Assembly (NCBI GenBank): GCA_965242965.1
Contig: OZ251518.1
Location: forward strand, 2,336,001-2,400,000
Reading direction: 5' to 3'
Source: Candidatus Poribacteria bacterium
GTDB lineage: Bacteria; Poribacteria; WGA-4E; WGA-3G
Length of the DNA: 64,000 nt
The notes beneath the pieces were generated by a model. It saw only the letters and a program-made list of their open reading frames with translations, made no database searches and was not told where the DNA came from. Positions within the stretch are counted from its first letter, which is position 1. Every line of letters starts with the position of its first letter. The position numbers and the translations under genes were made by a program. Positions 18,824 through 27,529 of this stretch are shown piece after piece.

Positions 18824-19738
18824 ATGAACAACCGATACCTTGACGAATTGAACAAAAGAATCCGGTTAAACCCCCGAAACGCCGAGGCGTATCGCGAGAG
18901 GGGGGATGTCTACCGATACCTACAAGAATTTGACAAAGCTATCATTGACTATAGTAAAGCCATCAAACTTGAACCGGGGGATGCCAAAACCTATCGCAAC
19001 CGGGGTTACGCTTATAGCAACGCCGAAAAGTATGACAGGGCTATCGCAGATTACAACGAGGCACTCAAAATCGACCCGGGATACGCCGCGGCTTACTGCG
19101 ACCGGGGTTTCGCCTACGACGAAAAAGGCGAGTATGATAGGGCGATTGCGGACTACGACGAAGCCATCCGCATCGATGCGGAATACGCTATGGCTTACTG
19201 CAACCGGGGCTACGCTTACAGACGCAAAGAAGAACTTGACCAGGCTATTGCGGATTACTCAAAGGCGATTGAACTCGATGCTGAATATGCGCTCGCCTAC
19301 CGGAACCGCGGCTCTGCTTACCGACACATGGGCGAGCATGACAAGGCGATTGCGGACTACAACGAAGCCATCCGCATCAGGCCCGACTACTTCCTCGCTT
19401 ACCTCAACCGGGGGCATGTCTACACCGAAAAACGCGAGTATGACAAGGCACTTGCCGATTTCGACGAAGCGGTCCGCCTGGGTCCCGAAGATTCCGTTAT
19501 TTACTGCCAAAGGGGCATCGCTTATCGGCATCTCGGCGAGTATGACAAAGCGATTGCGGACTTCAATGAAGCGATCCGATTGGAGTATGACTACGCGCAT
19601 GTCTACTACGAACGCGGTGTCGTCCACTACAAAAAAGGCGATTATGAGAAGGCATTGATGGATTTAGGCGAGGCGATTCGTTTGAATCATGCGTTTGCGG
19701 ATGCGTTTGCGGCGGAGTATGCTGCGAATTTTTCGTAG
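18824..19738 (+). CDS. Tetratricopeptide repeat protein (about 8 TPRs)
   Basis: 34-aa repeats AYxNRGxAY...YDKAIADYxEAIRL. Confidence 0.92.
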   Translation: MNNRYLDELNKRIRLNPRNAEAYRERGDVYRYLQEFDKAIIDYSKAIKLEPGDAKTYRNRGYAYSNAEKYDRAIADYNEALKIDPGYAAAYCDRGFAYDEKGEYDRAIADYDEAIRIDAEYAMAYCNRGYAYRRKEELDQAIADYSKAIELDAEYALAYRNRGSAYRHMGEHDKAIADYNEAIRIRPDYFLAYLNRGHVYTEKREYDKALADFDEAVRLGPEDSVIYCQRGIAYRHLGEYDKAIADFNEAIRLEYDYAHVYYERGVVHYKKGDYEKALMDLGEAIRLNHAFADAFAAEYAANFS

Positions 19739-19780
19739 TTGCGAATTTCAATTCGCAACTACGCGCGAAATGTGTTGGCA

Positions 19781-20082
19781 TTAATTGCGGGTGTTTCATA
19801 TTTCGATTTCTTCCCGGTAGGAGAGACCTCGGGTCTCGATGTTCCCGTAGCGCGGGGGCCTGTCCCCCGCGAGCTCTATCGTCCCGATGTGTGTTCCCCC
19901 ATTGTAGTTTGTGATCGCCTGATCACAAACAGGTTAGGATCAGGCGAGCCTGACTTACAGGGCCTGGCGCGCGAGCGATGGCGAGGGACAGGCCCTCGCC
20001 CTACGGTGAAGTGCCGTTTTTTTCCCGTAGCGCGGGGGCTGTCGCCCCGACGTTGAGCGATTTAGGAAACACCCTCAGTTAA
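19781..20082. mobile_element. MITE-like element: TIR-bounded cassette of REP modules
   Basis: Left end ttaattgcgggtgtttcatatttc and right end gatttaggaaacaccctcagttaa (inverted). The interior consists of GTAG palindromes. Confidence 0.65.
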
Positions 20083-20213
20083 TACGCTCGGTTTTCTATA
20101 CCGAGACACGCCGATGGATTTCATATCAATTTTCCAATAGGAGAGCGAATCAACCTCACTTTTAGAGTCATCTGGAAGAGATAACAATCCATTCACCCAC
20201 AGAGGGGATTCCT

Positions 20214-21152
20214 ATGCATCAACCAACAAAAACTCATCACACTGCGAAAGATTTATCGCCCAAAGAACTTGCGGCGTATCGCGAACGTCTCAACGAACAC
20301 TTCCGCAACCGAAAAGTGGATGAGGCATTGTTGCAGCGTGCGTGGCAGACAGCGCACCGCGTGGCGGCGATGCTTTATGAGGAATTCGGCGCGACGCGTG
20401 TTGCAGTTTTCGGTTCGCTAGCGGAACGGGATTGGTTCTCACCCTGGTCGGATATTGATATCGCCGTTTGGGGCATTCCCGCTGATAAATACCTCAAGGC
20501 ACTCGTAGAAGCTAAGCATATTAGCCGTTGGTTCAAAGTAGATCTGGTTGATTTCGAGGGCTGCGAAGGGCTGTTTCGCGAGCGCGTCCAAAGTCAAGCC
20601 GTTCCTATTGAAAAAGGGACGGAGTTCGGCACGCCTATTTATAGGACAGACGTTCAACGCGAAGCCGAAGACGTTTACGAAGTGAACAGCCGAAAACTGA
20701 TTCGGCGTATCGCCGCGGAACGCGCGGAAATAGCACGCGTCGTAGCACAAATCGGAGAAGCGTTACAACACATTGAAGAAGCACCGGCGCGATACAGGCA
20801 CGGTGCGGAGATCGAGATTGCCAGATACCTCTACGAAATCTATATGGGTATGGAGAACATTTTCCGGGAAATCGCCCGCGATGTTGATGGGGATATACCT
20901 GAAGGAGCGGAATGGCATAAGGCTTTGCTGAAGCAGATGACAGAAGCGCGCGAGGAGCGTCCGCCTCTTGTCTCTCAAAAAACCTTTGGCCTTTTAGAGA
21001 ACCTTTTAGGCTTCCGCCACGTTTTCGCGCATATCTATTCCGTGAAACTCAATTATGAAGAAACGGAGAAGAATGCCAAGCGCGTAGGCGAGTTAGCCAA
21101 CGCGCTTTTTGCAGAGTTGGACACGTTCATCTCCTCTCTTTCATTGACGTAG
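20214..21152 (+). CDS. Fused minimal nucleotidyltransferase (MntA-like) and HepT-like HEPN RNase
   Basis: N-terminal VFGSLA...WSDIDIAV (GSx10DxD); C-terminal WHKALL...FRHVFAHIY (RX4HXY). Confidence 0.85.
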   Translation: MHQPTKTHHTAKDLSPKELAAYRERLNEHFRNRKVDEALLQRAWQTAHRVAAMLYEEFGATRVAVFGSLAERDWFSPWSDIDIAVWGIPADKYLKALVEAKHISRWFKVDLVDFEGCEGLFRERVQSQAVPIEKGTEFGTPIYRTDVQREAEDVYEVNSRKLIRRIAAERAEIARVVAQIGEALQHIEEAPARYRHGAEIEIARYLYEIYMGMENIFREIARDVDGDIPEGAEWHKALLKQMTEAREERPPLVSQKTFGLLENLLGFRHVFAHIYSVKLNYEETEKNAKRVGELANALFAELDTFISSLSLT

Positions 21153-21202
21153 CGCGAGGGCCTGTCCCTCGCGTTCCTTCTCATCGTTCATGCCGCCTCT
21201 CT

Positions 21203-21574
21203 TTAATGGCCCACGTCGTCTCTATCAGGACTCGCGCTCCACTGGTAGATCTGCCCATCAGCGTCCACATAGAATTTGATAGTCCGTTGCATCCCACTCA
21301 GCAGTTGCGCTTCACCCGGCACCAACGAGTATCTCCGTTTGCTGAAGTCTCTTTGCACCGGCCGCAGCAGCTGCCAGACGTAAATCCGGCCGCTAGTGCG
21401 GTTCTCAATTACCTGTTGCGGCTGTCCCCATTTCTGGATTACCTCTGAAATGTGCTTTCCCTTCCACGCATCCACCGCGCGTCGCTGTGATGGCTGCTCT
21501 TGCGTCGCCGTGTGTGGCGCACAACTTGTCAAGAGAATACACGCTATGATTGTAAGAATGCCTAAGATTTTCAT
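21203..21574 (-). CDS. Putative lipoprotein
   Basis: Lipobox LTSC after a hydrophobic N-terminus; WKGKHISEVIQKWGQP is a SmpA-like motif. Confidence 0.7.
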   Translation of the reverse strand: MKILGILTIIACILLTSCAPHTATQEQPSQRRAVDAWKGKHISEVIQKWGQPQQVIENRTSGRIYVWQLLRPVQRDFSKRRYSLVPGEAQLLSGMQRTIKFYVDADGQIYQWSASPDRDDVGH

Positions 21575-21639
21575 GGGTAAAATTCCTTAGGTTTGTGGCG
21601 AATAGGGATGCCCGGTACAAGTGTAAAGTCGGCTCTGTC

Positions 21640-21800
21640 TAAAAGGGGCCTGGCGAGGGACAGACCCTCGCTCTACAGTTCAAGAGAAATGCACGGCACA
21701 GCGAGGGACAGGCCCTCGCCCTACGGTTCAAGAGAAATGGTAGGAGAGACCTCCCGGTCTCGATGCCCTACATTTGCAGGCCCTCGCACTACGGTAAATT
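21640..21800. repeat. REP-like cluster
   Basis: Two gcgagggacagRccctcgcYctac copies plus gtaggagagacctcccggtctcgatg. Confidence 0.8.
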
Positions 21801-21833
21801 GCGGGTAAATTGCGGCGGGATTCGCGCCGCACC

Positions 21834-23552
21834 TCAAACTACGCGCGTTACATACACATAATACGCGCCGATTGCTAATTCGCCTGCCTCATCGGAAAAC
21901 ACGGTGTGGAGGCGCGTCTCGCCGGCTTGCAAGTCAAACGTGAACGTCACACCTGTTGCATCGGGTGCGATTTCTTGCGTCGCGTCCTGTTCGCCGATGC
22001 GGATGTGTGCAGTCTTCAAATCTAAGGCGCGCCCGCCGTGATAAAGCCCGAGCTGCTCACTAGGGATTCCCTCCGTTATCGCTCTACCTTCCTCGTGAGG
22101 CCAGCGGCAGAGCTCAAACCGATACGTCCCGGCTTCCGAGATGTCCACAGCCCAATAGCCGTTGCATTCCATGCCGCGGCGAATCATCCCCTGACTCCAC
22201 GCGTGCGCTTCGCCGTGCCAATCGTGCGTTGTTAAACAGGCAACCTGCTCATGCTGCGTGCCGACAACAATCGGGCATTCTTCATCAAACCGTTCGGAGA
22301 CTAAGTCCCACCACGCTTCATACTCCTCGCGCAACTCGGCGACTACCTCCGGATGCGCCTCGGCGATGTCGTGCTGTTGCCCCGGGTCGGCTTGGATATC
22401 GTAAAGTTCGGTGCCGTTGACGAGCCGCCACCGCTGCGACATCGTCGCGCTGTCTTTCCACTTAATCGGGTTCTCAACGCGCTGCGAATCGGTGACGATA
22501 ACGCGTTCTTGCCAATCCTCTTTCTCGTTCCGCAAAAGCGGCGCGATGCTGGTGCCGTGGAACTCCGCGCTTGAAGAGACTTCCAATTCACATAGCTCGA
22601 TGAGCGTCGGCAAGATATCAATGTTAGCGGTGAGTTCGTCAACATCTCGTCCTTCCGTGAAACCGCCGGCGGGCCAATGTAGGAAGAGCGGCACGCGATG
22701 CCCACCTTCATAAGGCGAGCCCTTTTTCCCGCGCATGCCAGCGTTATAGCCAGCTTGCACAAACCCCTGCCTATCTATATCGCACCCCGCGGCGGAGCCG
22801 TTATCTGTCATGAAGATGAGAATCGTGTTCTCCTGCAGTCCCAAGACTCGGAGATGGTGCCGCAGCCGCGCCATATTGTCATCTATATTGGAAATCATCC
22901 CGTAGAAATTAGCTCGCTCCGCTGGCAGTCCCTTCCGACGATACACCTCGCTGTAGGCATCGGGAACGCGAAACGGCCCATGAGGCGCGTTCGTCGGCAC
23001 ATAACAGAAAAATGGACGTTCTCGGTTGCGTTCAATAAACGCCATCGCCTCCTGAAACCAGACATCGGTGCAGTAGCCGTCATAAGGCTGTTCCGAACCG
23101 TTTCTAAAGTAGGTATCGTCAAAATAGTCGTTACCCCAGTAATCCGGCGTTTGACTGATACCGCCGCCGCCGTGGTAGAGGGCTTCTTCAAACCCTCTGT
23201 CGTGTGGCCGGAACGGATAATTATCGCCGAGGTGCCATTTGCCGAACATGCCGGTTTTATAGCCATTGCGCCGGAAGATATCTGCCATCGTGACTTCATC
23301 GCTGCGGAGGAGCGAGCGGCCGCCGATGGTATGCCACACGCCGGCGGAGTTGCAGTAATGCCCAGTCATGATGCCGGCGCGCGTTGGGGAACAGGTAGGG
23401 CCGACGTGTAGATTCTGCAGCCTCACGCTATTTTCAGCGAGCGCGTCCAGATTCGGTGTCTGAATAACGGGGTTTCCGGTGCATCCCAAGTCGCCGTAAC
23501 CCTGGTCATCGGTAATCACGAAGACAAGGTTTGGTGCTGTCTGATGTGCCAC
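21834..23552 (-). CDS. Arylsulfatase (Cys-type formylglycine sulfatase)
   Basis: PNLVFVITDDQGYGD, CSPTR, GKWHLG, TDNG, GKKGSPYEGGHRVP. Confidence 0.95.
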   Translation of the reverse strand: MAHQTAPNLVFVITDDQGYGDLGCTGNPVIQTPNLDALAENSVRLQNLHVGPTCSPTRAGIMTGHYCNSAGVWHTIGGRSLLRSDEVTMADIFRRNGYKTGMFGKWHLGDNYPFRPHDRGFEEALYHGGGGISQTPDYWGNDYFDDTYFRNGSEQPYDGYCTDVWFQEAMAFIERNRERPFFCYVPTNAPHGPFRVPDAYSEVYRRKGLPAERANFYGMISNIDDNMARLRHHLRVLGLQENTILIFMTDNGSAAGCDIDRQGFVQAGYNAGMRGKKGSPYEGGHRVPLFLHWPAGGFTEGRDVDELTANIDILPTLIELCELEVSSSAEFHGTSIAPLLRNEKEDWQERVIVTDSQRVENPIKWKDSATMSQRWRLVNGTELYDIQADPGQQHDIAEAHPEVVAELREEYEAWWDLVSERFDEECPIVVGTQHEQVACLTTHDWHGEAHAWSQGMIRRGMECNGYWAVDISEAGTYRFELCRWPHEEGRAITEGIPSEQLGLYHGGRALDLKTAHIRIGEQDATQEIAPDATGVTFTFDLQAGETRLHTVFSDEAGELAIGAYYVYVTRVV

Positions 23553-23693
23553 GATAATGCCTCCTATTGACGTGCAGTAAATTACCAGTGAGTTCGGGGA
23601 AACCGCGAGTTACCGTAGGGCGAGGGCCTGTCCCTCGCCATGCTAGGTGCCGCGAGTCCCCGTAGAGCGAAGACTTGGGCCTCGCTATGCTAC

Positions 23694-24881
23694 TTACTGC
23701 AACGCCGCTTTAATCCTGTCCAACCCTCGATGGATTTCCGTCAACGACGTAGCGAAAGAGAGGCGGAGGTGATTGTCCGCGCCGAATCCATCGCCCGGCA
23801 CAACACCAACGCCAGCCGAATTGAGCAGATAATCGGTGATGTCCATCGAACCTCCGATCTTTTTGCTGTCAAGCGTGCGTCCATAGTGCCCCGAAAAATC
23901 GGGGAAGATATAGAACGCGCCCTGCGGTTTGACGTAACTCACGCCGTCAATCTCATCAAAACGTTGACAGATGACATTTCGGCGTTCCTCAAACGCCTGC
24001 CGCATCTCTTCCACGGCATCTTGAGGTTGCGTCAATGCGGCGACAGCGGCTTTCTGCGCGATAGAAGTCGGATTAGAGGTGCTGTGCGATTGTATGCGTG
24101 ACATCGCCTGAATCGCATCCTCGGGTCCGGCGGTATACCCGATGCGCCATCCTGTCATCGAGTAGGCTTTGGACACGCCGTTGACGACGAACGTTATTGC
24201 CTTCGTCTCCTCGTTGAAGGATGCGGGGCTCACGTGCGTTGCGCCATCGTAAAGCAACGCCTCGTAAATCTCATCGGAGATGAGGTAGAGTTGGTTTTTG
24301 ACGACGATTTCGGCAATCTGCTTGAGCGTCTCCACATCGTAAGTGGTGCCGGTAGGATTGCTTGGGCTGTTAATCAGCACCGCTTTTGTCTTGGGACTGA
24401 TTGCCGCTTCAATCTGTTCCGGTGTCATGCAGAAGTTCTGCGCGGGCGTGGTATCAATCACGCGCGGGATAGCCCCGGCGAGTTTAACCTGTTCGGGATA
24501 ACTCACCCAATACGGCGCGGCGAAGATGACTTCGTCGCCCGGGTCGCAGATGGCTTGCAGGATGTTATAGATGGTATGCTTCGCGCCACAAGAGACGATT
24601 ACCTGCGAGGGGGCATAGTCTAAGCCGTTGTCCCGTTTGTATTTCGCGGTGACAGCCTCTCGGAGTTCGGGTGTGCCGGGGACAGGCGTGTATTTGGTTA
24701 GTCCTGCGTCAAGCGCGTCGATAGCGGCGGCTTTAATATAGTCAGGTGTGTCAAAATCGGGTTCGCCTGCGCCGAATTTGACGACATCGATGCCGTCGGC
24801 TATCATGGCGTTAATTTTCGCGGTAATCGCCAACGTGGACGAGGGTGTCACGTTTTGGCTTCGTTGTGATAATGCTATCAT
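23694..24881 (-). CDS. aspC: PLP-dependent class I aminotransferase (aspartate aminotransferase-like)
   Basis: GAGEPDFDTP, NSPSNPTG, SDEIY, SKAYSMTGWRIG. Confidence 0.88.
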   Translation of the reverse strand: MIALSQRSQNVTPSSTLAITAKINAMIADGIDVVKFGAGEPDFDTPDYIKAAAIDALDAGLTKYTPVPGTPELREAVTAKYKRDNGLDYAPSQVIVSCGAKHTIYNILQAICDPGDEVIFAAPYWVSYPEQVKLAGAIPRVIDTTPAQNFCMTPEQIEAAISPKTKAVLINSPSNPTGTTYDVETLKQIAEIVVKNQLYLISDEIYEALLYDGATHVSPASFNEETKAITFVVNGVSKAYSMTGWRIGYTAGPEDAIQAMSRIQSHSTSNPTSIAQKAAVAALTQPQDAVEEMRQAFEERRNVICQRFDEIDGVSYVKPQGAFYIFPDFSGHYGRTLDSKKIGGSMDITDYLLNSAGVGVVPGDGFGADNHLRLSFATSLTEIHRGLDRIKAALQ

Positions 24882-24961
24882 GAATTCTCCTTTTTTGTTG
24901 TTCGCAAGGCGTTCGATAACGGTTGTCTGTACGATGACATCCTTCTCCGTATATCCGTCAT

Positions 24962-25021
24962 TGACGTTGTCAATGACTACGTTTTTGATGCTGACGTTGT
25001 CAATGACTACGCTTTTGATGC
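24962..25021. repeat. 30-bp tandem repeat (2 copies), each with a TGAC-N3-GTCA palindrome
   Basis: tgacgttgtcaatgactacg(t/c)ttttgatgc x2. Confidence 0.85.
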
Positions 25022-25119
25022 TATTGAAAATAGTGTTTTGAGTTGGTTGATGAGGCCCGCTCCAACAGACACCAACTCTGAATAGAAAAAAGTGGGCAGA
25101 TTTTGTGCAGCTAACCGGT

Positions 25120-26181
25120 TTACGAGACAGAGATTTTCAGATACAAATCTCCCTGTCCACCACCAACTGTCGGGTATCCTTGTCCTCGAATCCGCAAGGT
25201 TTGCCCATCTTTAGCGCCGGCAGGAACTTTAACAGTCAACTGCTTTCCGCCAACGAACATTACTGCGCGCCCTCCCTGTTTCGCGCATGCAGAACTAATC
25301 GTCAGCGTTTTGTAGGCATCGCCATCGCGAGTTCCCTTGTCCGGGATAACGTCGTCCTCAAGCAGGTTCTTGAGCCACTTTAGGGCATCCGATGCCTTCA
25401 CGCCAAAAACTTTTTCAAGTTCGGATTTCGCGGCTTCTAACTGCTCAGTCTGCTGTTTAAGCCGTTCTAGCACGGAGGGCTGTTTCTTCCACTCAGCACC
25501 GCGTTCCAACTCGGATTTCTGCTGGTTTAGCAAGTTAATCCTTTGTTGAAGTTGTTCAAGAGCCGATTGGCGTTTTTGCTCCGCAAAAACAGCCGTATCA
25601 AAGCGAGCACGAGGAACCTCTTGGAACTGGTTGCGCCCCAGATTTTCGTGAAAAGTCCACAAATCGGGTTTCGTGCTATTGGCAAAGATACCGAATGGCG
25701 CATGAGTTGTGCCGAGGTAGGACTGCAACTGCGTAATCCCGTTACCTATGAACCCATTTCGTTTGCACACTGCGACAGCGGCAAGGTTTCCGTCACCGTC
25801 ACAAAGCACAACGTCGGCGTTGGAGGTGCTTGCCCCGATGCGAATCGGATATTGCCGCTTAACAGAAAACGGAGATGGAAACAAACCAGATAGATAACGC
25901 GCGACTGCCTTTTCCACTTCACTTTGAGACTCTACACGCTCCTGTTGCGGAGATGTCGAAGGGTGCTGAATAGATATTTTAACGTATAAATCACCCGGCT
26001 CTCCTCCGCCGATGGAGTAACCGCGGCCCTTCAGTCGCAAGGTTTGTCCATCTTTAATGCCAGCCGGAATCGTCAAGTGCAAGTCCTTTCCGTTGACATT
26101 TATCTGTCTGACACAACCGCGAGTTGCAGCTGTTGAGGAAATGGTTATCTTTGCGTGAACGTTATTTGCTGTAAAATTCAT
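25120..26181 (-). CDS. Fusion protein: DnaJ C-terminal subdomain, HsdR_N-like nuclease fold, coiled coil, second DnaJ C-terminal subdomain
   Basis: Both ends carry the motif (I/V)PAGxKDGQTLR(L/I)xGxG...GDLY(V/L)KIS. The middle has QYPIRIG...ADVVL...VAVCK...QLQSY...GIFAN. No J-domain HPD motif. Confidence 0.72.
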   Translation of the reverse strand: MNFTANNVHAKITISSTAATRGCVRQINVNGKDLHLTIPAGIKDGQTLRLKGRGYSIGGGEPGDLYVKISIQHPSTSPQQERVESQSEVEKAVARYLSGLFPSPFSVKRQYPIRIGASTSNADVVLCDGDGNLAAVAVCKRNGFIGNGITQLQSYLGTTHAPFGIFANSTKPDLWTFHENLGRNQFQEVPRARFDTAVFAEQKRQSALEQLQQRINLLNQQKSELERGAEWKKQPSVLERLKQQTEQLEAAKSELEKVFGVKASDALKWLKNLLEDDVIPDKGTRDGDAYKTLTISSACAKQGGRAVMFVGGKQLTVKVPAGAKDGQTLRIRGQGYPTVGGGQGDLYLKISVS

Positions 26182-26326
26182 CAGGGCTTCTCAAACTCCT
26201 TGAGCAAACGCCGCTGTCTCCGCGACAGCGAGCTCGCCTTTGCGTCCTTCGGTACCCGATGGAAAACACCAACGAATACAAATGCTCGCCAACTGCATGA
26301 AACTATGCCCCCGGCGGCAGTCGGAA

Positions 26327-27292
26327 TTATGTTGCGGCATCCCGATTTTCTGAAGGCTCGGTGCCGTTGCCATTCGCCGCTAACGTCTGCGCGAACGCCT
26401 CAAGACTTTGTGCCTGAAACGCTTCACGGCGCAACTCTTTTAGACGCTGCAATTCTTCAATCGCTTCAAGCGTTGGCTGCAAGGTTGTCCCAATGCCGGC
26501 ATCGAACCGAACATCTAGGGTTTCAAGAATGCCTTCGATGATGCTCTCTCGCGCACCCTGCTCAATGCCTTGCTCGATGCCTTGTTGTAAGAAGTGTTGC
26601 ACAACAGAAGATTCGTACATCGTTGCCTCCGATATAAATTGGTGAATAGTGTCCCAATCGAATTTTAAGCCGCTCAAGACACCCATACATCCCAGATAAT
26701 CTGCACTCTCGGATGCATCCTGGGGCACAGCTTCGGCGGCTGCAACACATCGGCTGAGCCAAGCCTCACCGTCCACTCCCGCAGGCGGCTTCATCAACGG
26801 CGCAAACGGAATTACCCCTTTCAGGCTTGCATCCAAAACCGCTTGCCCCTCTAACTCGCACAAGCGGATAACCTTGTAGCGGATGAGGATTTCATACCCA
26901 AACCGGGTTTGCTTGTATTCACCCGGGTCGTTGAGTCCTGCCTTCTCGTGCAGGTAAATGACATGCGAACATACCTCCTTCTGAAACCTTTCCAACCCGC
27001 GTCCCGCATAGCCAGCAACGCGATACGGCATCGGAATCTTCGTGCTGTCGTGCGTCTGAATTTCCAGATGCACGATGATTTCCTCACCGTCCACTTCCGC
27101 CTCGATGAAACTGTCGGCGCGATTGGATTTGACGGTAAGTTGCTCGGTTTCAATCACCTTAATGAACTTTGCATTCGGGATACCGAGGGCAAAGCGGAGC
27201 CAGTCCTCTGGATTTTTCTGAATCACCTCCTTTGATACAATGTCATATCGCCCAGCAGGTAATTCAGGGTTCTTCGGTTTTTGGGTTGCCAT
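26327..27292 (-). CDS. Rpn family PD-(D/E)xK nuclease (recombination-promoting nuclease / putative transposase)
   Basis: YDIVSK, RADSF...VHLEIQT, MPYR, YKVIRL, and QQGIEQGIEQG repeats before a helical C-terminal domain. Confidence 0.85.
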   Translation of the reverse strand: MATQKPKNPELPAGRYDIVSKEVIQKNPEDWLRFALGIPNAKFIKVIETEQLTVKSNRADSFIEAEVDGEEIIVHLEIQTHDSTKIPMPYRVAGYAGRGLERFQKEVCSHVIYLHEKAGLNDPGEYKQTRFGYEILIRYKVIRLCELEGQAVLDASLKGVIPFAPLMKPPAGVDGEAWLSRCVAAAEAVPQDASESADYLGCMGVLSGLKFDWDTIHQFISEATMYESSVVQHFLQQGIEQGIEQGARESIIEGILETLDVRFDAGIGTTLQPTLEAIEELQRLKELRREAFQAQSLEAFAQTLAANGNGTEPSENRDAAT

Positions 27293-27397
27293 AGTCTATG
27301 TTTTTCGCGCTAGTATCGGCACCTCGCCAGAGTATTCTATCCATCAAAATAGTCCATTGAGGCTTTCACCGGTTCTCTGTTCGCCATCAATAAGTTA

Positions 27398-27501
27398 ATT
27401 ATAACAAAAAATGGAACTTCATGCAAGAAAAAATCAAAATTAATGAAGTTTTTCCCGCACACCGGATTTTAATTGAAAATATCACACTTTTATGATACAC
27501 T
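27398..27501. promoter_or_regulatory. Divergent sigma70 promoters for rpn (minus) and hflX (plus)
   Basis: Minus strand TTGCAT-17-TATAAT (27426-27398); plus strand TTGAAA-17-TACACT (27473-27501). Confidence 0.65.
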
Positions 27502-27529
27502 ATTTCTGTGACATTTACAAGGAGAAGCC

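Noticed and set aside
18906-19658. 250-aa alternative-frame ORF within the TPR gene
   Set aside because: A stop-free frame propagated by the 102-bp repeat unit; no SD or independent signal.
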